This document shows positions 10,568-18,558 of a stretch of 64,000 nucleotides of DNA, in pieces. The notes under the pieces were generated by a model. It was given only the letters and a program-made list of their open reading frames with translations, had not been told where the DNA came from and ran no database searches. The stretch spans positions 503,808-567,807 of the forward strand of contig CAWBTP010000010.1 in the NCBI GenBank assembly GCA_963791795.1, in the 5' to 3' direction. This DNA is from an uncultured Acidimicrobiia bacterium (lineage in GTDB: Bacteria > Acidobacteriota > Terriglobia > Versatilivoradales > Versatilivoraceae). How positions within the stretch are numbered: the first letter of the stretch is position 1; each line of letters opens with the position of its first letter. Made by a program: the position numbers and the translations under genes.

Positions 10568-11599
10568 TTATCTGCACTCATCACGGCCGGCGTTGTGCTC
10601 TCCGCTAGCCAATAACGGTGACACGCCCAAGAGTTCCATTTCATGAAGCAGAGTCTCTCGAAGACCTTCCTCGAGTGGACGCGCTTGGAAGCCTAATTCG
10701 CGGCGTGCTTTGCTGTTATCTCCCAGATAGGTCGAACCCGCAGACACGCGCAACCCTTCTGCCGTGTACGAAGGTGGCAGGGAAACGACGAAGCCGACGA
10801 TACCCATGAGCACTGCTAACGTTTTCAACAAGACCGGCGAGGCACGAAATTGTGGCGCAGGTATCCCGGTGATGGCTTGGGCGAGATCCAATGCTTCCTC
10901 CAAAGTGTGTGCAGAACCGGCAATGATGTAGCTCTCCCCGGATTTTCCTCTCTCCATAGCTAGAACATGTCCCCGTGCTGTGTCCTCCACATGAGCCCAA
11001 TTGAAAGCCGTTTTTCTGGGTACCAAGGGAAGCCTTCGCTTCAGGTACTGCACCATGGTGTCCCTCACTGAGCTCTTGTCTCCTGGACCGTAGACTAGAC
11101 CAGGCTGGACAATCACCAGCGGTAAGCCCTGCTGCATCATCGGCAAGGCGACCTCATAGTGCGCTTCCCATTTCGTTCGATCGTAGACGCTCAACCAAGG
11201 GCCGTTGTGACAGTAAGTTTCGTCCACCAAGCGGCCTTTGGTATTCGAAAAGACGGCTAGCGTACTGGTGTAGACTCCCTTGGGAATCCTGAGCTCCTGC
11301 ATCAACTCCAGAACATTCCGCGTGCCTTGGACATTGATCGTTCGAGCCTCGGCCAGGCTGCCTTCGCCGATCTTATACCAGGCAGCAATGTGAAACACTC
11401 CGTCCACTCCAGTCATCGGGCGGCGCAAGCTTTCCTTGTCTGTGATGTCACCTTGGTGGAGTGCTGCACCCAGCGCGGCAACATTCGCTGCCTTTGTTGG
11501 ATCGCGAACCAGCGCGACCACTTTGTGACCGGCCGCCGCCAACTGCTGGGCCACATTCCCACCAATGAACCCGGTGGCACCCGTCAAGAAATACCTCAT
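10568..11599 (-). CDS. NAD-dependent epimerase/dehydratase (extended SDR) family protein
   Basis: N-terminal Rossmann GATGFIGG and catalytic YxxxK (YDRTK). ATG at 11599 is preceded by AAGGAAAGGAG. Confidence 0.8.
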   Translation of the reverse strand: MRYFLTGATGFIGGNVAQQLAAAGHKVVALVRDPTKAANVAALGAALHQGDITDKESLRRPMTGVDGVFHIAAWYKIGEGSLAEARTINVQGTRNVLELMQELRIPKGVYTSTLAVFSNTKGRLVDETYCHNGPWLSVYDRTKWEAHYEVALPMMQQGLPLVIVQPGLVYGPGDKSSVRDTMVQYLKRRLPLVPRKTAFNWAHVEDTARGHVLAMERGKSGESYIIAGSAHTLEEALDLAQAITGIPAPQFRASPVLLKTLAVLMGIVGFVVSLPPSYTAEGLRVSAGSTYLGDNSKARRELGFQARPLEEGLRETLLHEMELLGVSPLLASGEHNAGRDECR

Positions 11600-11656
11600 C
11601 TCTACACTCCTTTCCTTGTTGCGAGGAGGGTAGCAAGAGAGTCTGCTATCGAGCAA

Positions 11657-12079
11657 GGAAGGGGCCTAGAGGCTTTGGTCCTTCTGAAACACACCAGCCC
11701 GCGAAGTGCAGGCTGGATGATTTCTCAGAAGTCTTTGCCTTGGACGAAGGGTTTGGAGCTTTTGGGCAGGTGTTTCGAAGGTTCAGACAGTCGAAATCGA
11801 GGACTCAGAAGGTTCTGCTTCTTCAGTGAGTTGGTGGAAGGCTGTCACGCCGAAGTGTTCGCGCAGCACAACACCGACCAAGGCGAGTTTGAGCGAGGCT
11901 CTCTTCGCCCAACTGGCATAGAGCAGCTTGCGTCTGGCCAGTTAGAATTCCTGACAAGCCACGGGAGCAATCGGCTTAACGTGACCGCCTGCAAAGCTGC
12001 CGGGAGATCCCCACCTCTCCAGCGTTTTTCGGAGCACGGTGCGCGATATAGGATCGTCTTCGGCGATCAAGATCCGCAT
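11657..12079 (-). pseudogene. Decayed response-regulator (REC) gene remnant
   Basis: MRILIAEDDPISRTVLRKTLERWG is nearly identical to the N-termini of the two intact RRs nearby (MQRILIAEDDPTSRRLLQVTLEKWG and MKILIAEDDRVSRIVLSELL). It is followed by frame loss and a stop after 45 codons. Weak residual similarity continues in another frame. Confidence 0.35.
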
Positions 12080-12969
12080 CGTCTATCTCCGTTGGTGGGC
12101 AGTTTCTTCACCAAGGTCAGTTCGTTACCAGTTGCGTTGTAATGGAGGTCGTCCGTAAATGTCCGCATCAACAGGATACCCCGGCCGCTGGCTTTGGAGA
12201 GATTGGCAGGGGCCGTGGGATCCGGAATCGCCTCAGGGTCGAATCCGGAACCTTCGTCGCGAATGACGAAAACCACTTGGGAGGGTGTCAGCGTTGCCTT
12301 AACGTGGACGCGCCGATCCCGGTGCGGCGACGAGAGGCGTCGCTGCTCGGCGGCCGCGAGGAAAGCAGTTTCGCCACACTCACGCAGGTCCGAGCTTACT
12401 TCGAGGTTGCCGTGGAACATCGCGTTCAACAATCCCTCGTGAAGAGCAACACCCAACTGCATGCGCCACGTTTCGTCCATACCTTCGAGTCTTGCGGCAC
12501 CCTCTTGCAGGTGCGCCACAAGTGGGGCGATGAGGTCGGGATCGTTCTCGAGCGAGAAACTGGACTCGCTTTGAAAGAGGTAGCCAACCAGGCGTTGCCG
12601 CCGCATTGTTCGCGATACCTCAAGGACATGATCCAAAGTTCTCGCCAGATATCGACCTAAATTAGCTTTGGGCACAAAGCCGACAGCGCCTTGCTCCAGC
12701 GCTTGCGACAGACCGGGTACTTCAGCCGTCATGAGAATGATGGGCAGGCTGGGGTGGCGGAAATGAATGTCCTGAAGAACTCCGAGGAAACTCTTACCTT
12801 GCTCAGGTAAGGCTGCGAGAACCACGTCCGGTAACAATCGTTCAACGGCGAAGAGAGCCTCTGGGCCGCTGCCTGCGTAGATAACCTCGACCCTTCCATT
12901 ACGCTGGAGCAAGTCGGCGGTGCGCCGGCGATCCGAGGCGGATTCATCCACGAGCAAGATCTTCGGCAT
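12067..12969 (-). CDS. Pseudo-receiver domain fused to RsbW/SpoIIAB-type GHKL serine-kinase (HATPase_c) domain
   Basis: The REC-like N-terminus (KILLVDESASDRR...) has Ala at the expected phospho-acceptor Asp position (DVVLAALPE). The C-terminus carries GHKL motifs (VIRDEGSGFDP...GRGILLMRTFTDDL). Confidence 0.75.
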   Translation of the reverse strand: MPKILLVDESASDRRRTADLLQRNGRVEVIYAGSGPEALFAVERLLPDVVLAALPEQGKSFLGVLQDIHFRHPSLPIILMTAEVPGLSQALEQGAVGFVPKANLGRYLARTLDHVLEVSRTMRRQRLVGYLFQSESSFSLENDPDLIAPLVAHLQEGAARLEGMDETWRMQLGVALHEGLLNAMFHGNLEVSSDLRECGETAFLAAAEQRRLSSPHRDRRVHVKATLTPSQVVFVIRDEGSGFDPEAIPDPTAPANLSKASGRGILLMRTFTDDLHYNATGNELTLVKKLPTNGDRRCGS

Positions 12970-13017
12970 ATCCAGTTCACTCCTCTGCAGCGTGCGCAGG
13001 GCACTCCCGCTCCGCCC

Positions 13018-13668
13018 TCAATCCCTGCTGCACACCGGCTTCAAAGGCTCCCTTAGCAATTGCTGGAAGCTTTCGAGTTCCGGTTTCACAACCCGCTCGT
13101 AGCAGGCTGGGCAGATGCTATGGCTGAACTGGGCTTCCGAATGGGCAGCGACATAACTCTCAATCTGCTGCCAATAGTTGTTGTCGTCACGAATGTTCTT
13201 GCAGTACGAGCAAATGGGCAGCAGGCCTTGCAAGAGCTTGACCTGAGCCAGGGCCTCTTCCAATTCAGAGACTCTTCCCGTGAGCGCCTGCTGCAAAGAG
13301 AGCAAGCGAATCCCGACTTGCAGGCGTGCCCTCAGTTCGCGCGGATCAAAGGGCTTGATCATGTAGTCATCGGCCCCGGAGCCCAGACCCTCGGCAAGAT
13401 CCTGCTTCTGGTCCTTGGCGGTGAGCAGGATGGCATAGCAAACCCGTTGCCGAGGCAATGCCCGCAGGCGGCGGCAGATCTCCAGCCCATCAATGCCGGG
13501 CATCATCCAATCCAGGATCGCCAGTTGGGGAGCGTCATCGCACTGCAGGGCTCGCCATGCTTCGTGACCGTCACAGCACACCTCGACGCCAAACCCCCAT
13601 TTTTCCAGTGTGACCTGGAGGAGACGCCTGGATGTCGGATCGTCTTCAGCGATTAGAATGCGTTGCAT
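13018..13668 (-). CDS. Response regulator: REC domain plus C-terminal Cys/His-rich module (LLPICSYCKNIRDD...FSHSICPAC)
   Basis: Canonical REC (DD, D in ILDWMMPGIDG, KPF), then a coiled linker and a C-x2-C...H-S-x-C-P-x-C module. ATG at 13668 is preceded by AAGGAG. Confidence 0.8.
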   Translation of the reverse strand: MQRILIAEDDPTSRRLLQVTLEKWGFGVEVCCDGHEAWRALQCDDAPQLAILDWMMPGIDGLEICRRLRALPRQRVCYAILLTAKDQKQDLAEGLGSGADDYMIKPFDPRELRARLQVGIRLLSLQQALTGRVSELEEALAQVKLLQGLLPICSYCKNIRDDNNYWQQIESYVAAHSEAQFSHSICPACYERVVKPELESFQQLLREPLKPVCSRD

Positions 13669-13695
13669 TCCCACTCCTTCAGAGACCATTTGCGT

Positions 13696-16428
13696 CTACC
13701 TTGTCCTGCCCGCCAACTTTTCAATCAAGGGCTGCAACTCATTCAACGATTTCTCAAGGGATTCCAGAGCTGCTTCGGCGGTTGCGACCTTGCCGGCGCG
13801 ACCAATTTCCTCGAGCTGCACTGCAGCTTGATGCGTCCGTTGGGCGCAGAAGTTCGAGACAGATCCCTTGAGAGAATGGGCCGCTTTTTCGAGAGACGAA
13901 CTGTCGCAGGACTCCACTGCCTGTCGCATCTTCTCTACGAGCGTTGGTGAATCATCCAGAAAGAGTCCTGCCAGCTCCTGAATGAGGTCGGCGTCATCTT
14001 CGAAACGAGCCAGCAAAGCTGGTAGATCGCACACGTCGGGATCCGTTTGTGGCATGTCGCTGAGTGCGTCGCCCTTGCTCGAAGAAAGAAAGTAATCCAT
14101 CATTTCAATCACCCTTTGAGATTGGATGGGCTTGCTAAGATAGTCGTCCATTCCAGCTTCCAGGCAAATCTCACGGTCCCCCTTCATGGCGTTCGCCGTG
14201 AGTGCCACGATTGGGATCCGGTTTGTTCTGAGGTGTTTTCTACCGTACGAGGAATGGGGACTGGGTACGATTTCGCCTGCCCGGATTTGCTCTTCAATCT
14301 GCCGAATCGCCTTCGTTGCTTCAAACCCGTCCATTTTCGGCATTTGGCAATCCATTAGAACCAAATCAAAGGTCTCTCGCTCCAATGCCTCCAGGGCTTC
14401 CAAGCCGTTGGATGCCACGTCAATGCGAAAACCTAGTTTCTCCAGGGTGCGCAACGCGACCTTTTGGTTGACGACGTTATCTTCAGCCACAAGGATTCGT
14501 CCCCGCGTCTTTCCATTTCCTGAAAGCACTTCGCGCGGGCGTTTTGCCTGAGCACTCAAAGGAGCCCGGTGTCGGTTGGGAACTACCTGAACGAGGGCGT
14601 CGTAAAGATGGCTTCTGCGGATTGGTTTAGCGACCAGGCAGGCATGATCCTTCTGACCACTCTGCAATGCTGCCAGGCGCCACGCAGGCCCTGACAAAAC
14701 AATTCTTGGCAGCGCCGCGAGGTCCGCACTACGGTTGATGGCCTCGAGAATCGAGTGGGAGCCGGCCTCTGATGCGGGCAGGCTGACAATGAACGCGTCG
14801 AAGGGCTGGCCGTCTCTCAAAGCGTTTTCGACCAACTGCGCGGCATCCGATACCTCGGTTGCAAACTCTGGACTGGCATTCCAGACACCAAGATAGGATG
14901 AAACGATTCTGCGATTGGAATCGAGACTCTCTAGCACGAGGATTCGGGTGGCACTCAAAGCCGGCAAGACCTGCGCCCCTGCTTCCGCAAGCGGCACCGT
15001 TTTGAACCCCGCGGCGAACCAGAAGGTGCTGCCCTCACCGAGATCGCTGTAAACACCGATCTCGCCGCCCATCAACTCGACCAACCGCTTCGAGATCGCC
15101 AGGCCCAGACCGGTTCCACCGAAGCGCCGCGTCGTCGAGCCATCGGCCTGAGAAAAGGATTGGAAGAGCCTGTTTTTCCCGTCGGAGCCGATACCGATGC
15201 CGGTATCCCGCACTGAGAAGTGCAGACGACAGCGCTCCAAGACAGGCGAATGCTGAGCTTGCGTATCGCTGCCAGTCGATTCCCCAAGCATGCTTTCAGC
15301 TCTCGCGACACCCTTGCTGGTGACCCATTTCACTTCTCCGGCAACCTCGCCCCGGTCGGTGAACTTCACCGCATTGCTTACCAGGTTTGTCAATACTTGG
15401 CGCAGCCGTAGAGGGTCGCCTCGGAGGACCTCCGGCACGTCCGGATGAACAAAGAAGCTGAAGCCCAGCCCTTTCTGCTCGGCAGCGCCGGCCATGAGCT
15501 CCATGACCTCCTCGACAACAACGTGAACCTGAAACTCAATCTCCTCCAGGACGAGCTGGCCAGCCTCAATCTTTGAGAAATCGAGGATGTCGTTGATGAT
15601 CGAGAGCAAGCTGGCGCTTGAAGAACGGAGCATGGAAGCGAGCTCGGTTTGTTCTTGGTTCAGGCCAGTGGCCAGGAGTAGCTCCGTCATACCGACAACT
15701 CCATTCATCGGTGTGCGAATCTCATGGCTCATGTTGGCGAGAAACTGGCTCTTGGCACGGCTGCCGGCTTCAGCGAGTTCCCGTGCGCGAGTCAGCTCTC
15801 GAGTACGCTCTGCTACCTGCAGTTCCAGATCCCGGTTCTGATCGTTCACCTGGTGATAGAGTGTTGAGCTCTCCAGAGCGTAGGCGGTATTCAGCATCAG
15901 AATAGACAAGAGACTCTTGGACTCTTCAGTGACCAGGAACTCATCACCCGCCAATACACCGGCGAACATGCCCACCACGCGGGCTCGGGTTGCCAGAACG
16001 TGGAAGACCAGAGTGTGCCCCGTGTTTGTTGCAGGCACCATGACGGTTCGATTTTGGTGCAATGCCCACGCGAAAATACCTTCGGCAATCTGAGCTTCGA
16101 CTTCCCGCAACAGTTCCGGTTCTTCCGCGGCAGGTTCACACGCGGTAAGCACAAATTCCAAGGCTGAGTCATCCACCATCCAGTATCCCAAAGACCGGAA
16201 GCTCATCAATCGCTTCAGGTTCGTCCAAGTCGACTTTAGAATTCCTGGAATGTTTTCGTCCTGCCCAAGGCTGTTCTGGAAATAGCCGAAGGAGGCGACC
16301 ATATCGAGAGAATCGAGGATTCGCCGGTTCATCTCCTCCAAGTGGCGGACCCGGCTCTCAAGACCTGTCAAGTGGTCAATGATATTGGCGGAGGTAGGGT
16401 TCACGCTGGGCTCCCGGGCGTCATCCAC
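13696..16428 (-). CDS. Hybrid sensor histidine kinase: GAF, HisKA, HATPase_c, pseudo-REC, REC, Hpt
   Basis: H-box [12 protein letters not shown]-boxes ([15 protein letters not shown]), a true receiver ([11 protein letters not shown]...SKP) and a C-terminal Hpt ([11 protein letters not shown]). No TM segments, so predicted cytoplasmic. Confidence 0.85.
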   Translation of the reverse strand: MDDAREPSVNPTSANIIDHLTGLESRVRHLEEMNRRILDSLDMVASFGYFQNSLGQDENIPGILKSTWTNLKRLMSFRSLGYWMVDDSALEFVLTACEPAAEEPELLREVEAQIAEGIFAWALHQNRTVMVPATNTGHTLVFHVLATRARVVGMFAGVLAGDEFLVTEESKSLLSILMLNTAYALESSTLYHQVNDQNRDLELQVAERTRELTRARELAEAGSRAKSQFLANMSHEIRTPMNGVVGMTELLLATGLNQEQTELASMLRSSSASLLSIINDILDFSKIEAGQLVLEEIEFQVHVVVEEVMELMAGAAEQKGLGFSFFVHPDVPEVLRGDPLRLRQVLTNLVSNAVKFTDRGEVAGEVKWVTSKGVARAESMLGESTGSDTQAQHSPVLERCRLHFSVRDTGIGIGSDGKNRLFQSFSQADGSTTRRFGGTGLGLAISKRLVELMGGEIGVYSDLGEGSTFWFAAGFKTVPLAEAGAQVLPALSATRILVLESLDSNRRIVSSYLGVWNASPEFATEVSDAAQLVENALRDGQPFDAFIVSLPASEAGSHSILEAINRSADLAALPRIVLSGPAWRLAALQSGQKDHACLVAKPIRRSHLYDALVQVVPNRHRAPLSAQAKRPREVLSGNGKTRGRILVAEDNVVNQKVALRTLEKLGFRIDVASNGLEALEALERETFDLVLMDCQMPKMDGFEATKAIRQIEEQIRAGEIVPSPHSSYGRKHLRTNRIPIVALTANAMKGDREICLEAGMDDYLSKPIQSQRVIEMMDYFLSSSKGDALSDMPQTDPDVCDLPALLARFEDDADLIQELAGLFLDDSPTLVEKMRQAVESCDSSSLEKAAHSLKGSVSNFCAQRTHQAAVQLEEIGRAGKVATAEAALESLEKSLNELQPLIEKLAGRTR

Positions 16429-17255
16429 TCAACCGCTTCACGGTAATGGCGGTCGACCTGTTCCATTGCCCCGGAAAGCTGTCCGGGTGAAATTCCAGAT
16501 CGATCCCACGCCAACCGACTGAGAGGTGGTACGAAGCGTTCGCCACTCCTTCCCAACTGCATGGCGTGTGCGATGATGTCAGCGAGATGCACATGTGCAG
16601 CTTCCACGGGGAAGCGAGCGGCAGCCTCTGGATTGTGGTGATAGGCTACCGTCTCGACCAGGCTGGCGGGCAGTTTCCAGTTTTCGAGCAATATACGGCC
16701 CAGGGATGCGTGGTCGAAACCGAGTTCCTCGTTTTCGACCTTGTAAAGCAACTCACCGCTTGCCTGGCAGCGGCCCAATGCGGAACGCATCCAATCTGGA
16801 TCTTTCATGCACAGAATCAAACGCCCAATGTCGTGCAGGATACCTGCTACGAAGAATCGCTCGATATTGGCCTCGCGCTTCTGAGCGGCAAGCACTCTGG
16901 CCGCAACACCGCAGGCGATGCTATGTTTCCAGAAAGCCTCCATGTTGATGAGATCCGGCGGAATGCCCTGAAACAACTTCATGACCGAAGTGGCCAATGC
17001 AAGATCTCGCAATTGCTGAGTTCCCACGACGGTCACGGCTCGCGAGATTGTTTCAATCTTGCTGGGGAAGCTGTAGAACGCGCTGTTTACAATCTTGAGA
17101 AGCCTGGCTGTCAGACTGGAGTCTTCGCTGATAATCCGTCCGATGTCGGCCAATGAACTCCTTGGATTGTTCACGGCTTCGTCGATACGCGTAAAAATCA
17201 TCGGCAAGGACGGAATCTCCAAAGTGCCCTTCATCAAATCTCGTGCTTCTGTCAT
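16401..17255 (-). CDS. HDOD domain protein
   Basis: [18 protein letters not shown]...[12 protein letters not shown] and an HD-like core (GILHDIGRL) are typical HDOD. ATGA overlap with the upstream DUF3391-like gene. Confidence 0.8.
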   Translation of the reverse strand: MTEARDLMKGTLEIPSLPMIFTRIDEAVNNPRSSLADIGRIISEDSSLTARLLKIVNSAFYSFPSKIETISRAVTVVGTQQLRDLALATSVMKLFQGIPPDLINMEAFWKHSIACGVAARVLAAQKREANIERFFVAGILHDIGRLILCMKDPDWMRSALGRCQASGELLYKVENEELGFDHASLGRILLENWKLPASLVETVAYHHNPEAAARFPVEAAHVHLADIIAHAMQLGRSGERFVPPLSRLAWDRSGISPGQLSGAMEQVDRHYREAVEWMTPGSPA

Positions 17256-17602
17256 ACAACCCCTGTGCTGTGTTTATTCAAGCGGACATGCCGGAGGATA
17301 CATAGCTGTTTCAGTTCGCGAACCGCAGCGTGATCTAAGTCGGTATGCGCAAACAGCGGATCAATCGCATCTTCAGCGGCCTTGAGAACTTCTGGATCGA
17401 GGTCACGAGTTGCTTGGGCTGCGACCTCTTCGCTGCTCATCGACTCGATGTCGGCCTCGGCAACTCCCCAAGTCCTGAAGATGTTGAGATGGCGTTCCGT
17501 GATCTCGGTACCTGCTCTCAGCAAAACTCTGCCGCTGCGTTCTTGGACGTCTTTTTCAAGCTTCATGCCGGGCTTGATGTCGTCTAGATTTACTTTTCCC
17601 AT
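17252..17602 (-). CDS. DUF3391-like domain protein (domain normally found N-terminal to HD-GYP/HDOD modules)
   Basis: KVNLDDIKPGMKLEKDVQERSGRVLLRAGTEITERHLNIFRTWGV fits the DUF3391 pattern. ATG at 17602 is preceded by AGGAA. The open frame extends to a GTG at 17623. Confidence 0.5.
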   Translation of the reverse strand: MGKVNLDDIKPGMKLEKDVQERSGRVLLRAGTEITERHLNIFRTWGVAEADIESMSSEEVAAQATRDLDPEVLKAAEDAIDPLFAHTDLDHAAVRELKQLCILRHVRLNKHSTGVV

Positions 17603-17619
17603 GGCGGTTCCTGACGTCC

Positions 17620-18180
17620 TCACTTCAGCTTGTCAAGCTGCGGTTTCATTTCCTTGTCAAAGCAGTCCGGGCAGAGACTGTGAGAAAATAGTGCCTCTGA
17701 ACGTTCGGTAACGTACTGCTCCAATTGAGTCCAGATATTCCGGTCGTCGCGAATCTTCTTGCAGTAAGAACAAATCGGCAGCAAACCACGCAACTGCCGA
17801 ACTTCGTGCTGAAGAGCGAGGATGCGCTCGGCAGCTCTCAGTCTCGCTTGTAACTCGTCGGCGTCGAACGGCTTCACGACGAAGTCATCTGCGCCGGCCT
17901 CCATGCCTTCAAGGTAGTTGGCTTTGCCAGAGAGTGCGGTCAGAAGGATGATGTACGTGTAACTCGCCCGCTTTTCTGCGCGAATTCTTCGGCACAGTTG
18001 TAGACCATCCATCACCGGCATCATCCAATCCGAAATCAGCATGGGTACTGGTTGACTGCAATACAGATCCCAGGCAAGTCGGCCGTTCTCGACGGCCGTA
18101 ACCTCATGACCACTCTTGCTAAGCAGTTCACTGAGCACAATGCGAGAAACGCGATCATCTTCGGCAATCAATATTTTCAT
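17620..18180 (-). CDS. Response regulator: REC domain plus C-terminal Cys/His-rich module (LLPICSYCKKIRDD...FSHSLCPDC)
   Basis: Paralog of the 13018..13668 gene, with a canonical REC and the same C-terminal module. RBS AAGGAAG. Confidence 0.8.
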   Translation of the reverse strand: MKILIAEDDRVSRIVLSELLSKSGHEVTAVENGRLAWDLYCSQPVPMLISDWMMPVMDGLQLCRRIRAEKRASYTYIILLTALSGKANYLEGMEAGADDFVVKPFDADELQARLRAAERILALQHEVRQLRGLLPICSYCKKIRDDRNIWTQLEQYVTERSEALFSHSLCPDCFDKEMKPQLDKLK

Positions 18181-18558
18181 CCTGCTTCCTTACGTCGCTG
18201 AGCGTCTGATGCTGTGCTCACCAAGACACTCAAGCATTCATCAAATCGACACCAAGTAGCGCAAGCCTTAGCCATATTTAACAGATAACACTATTCAGGT
18301 GTGAGCGGTAGGACCAAAAACGACGCATCGAATGCCAGCACTGTGACGACCGCGGGTATCGTCTTGCGCCGTTGGAGCGAGCTTGATGATTGCTCATTTA
18401 CCGAAGCAACCGAAGTAAACCCAGTAAGGTAAAATTAACCGTTTAGTCGAAAGGGCCAGGGCGAACGAAGCAGTTCTCGAGATTGGGATCAGTGCTTAGG
18501 AAGGGATTGGAGAAGAGCAAGCCGACAGAAAGCGTTGTGTTTTTGAACTTTTCCGCAC

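Noticed and set aside
11327-12142. 271-aa plus-strand ORF
   Set aside because: It runs antisense to the well-supported SDR epimerase gene and through the receiver-remnant region. It has no recognisable domains. It is a typical GC-rich antisense ORF.
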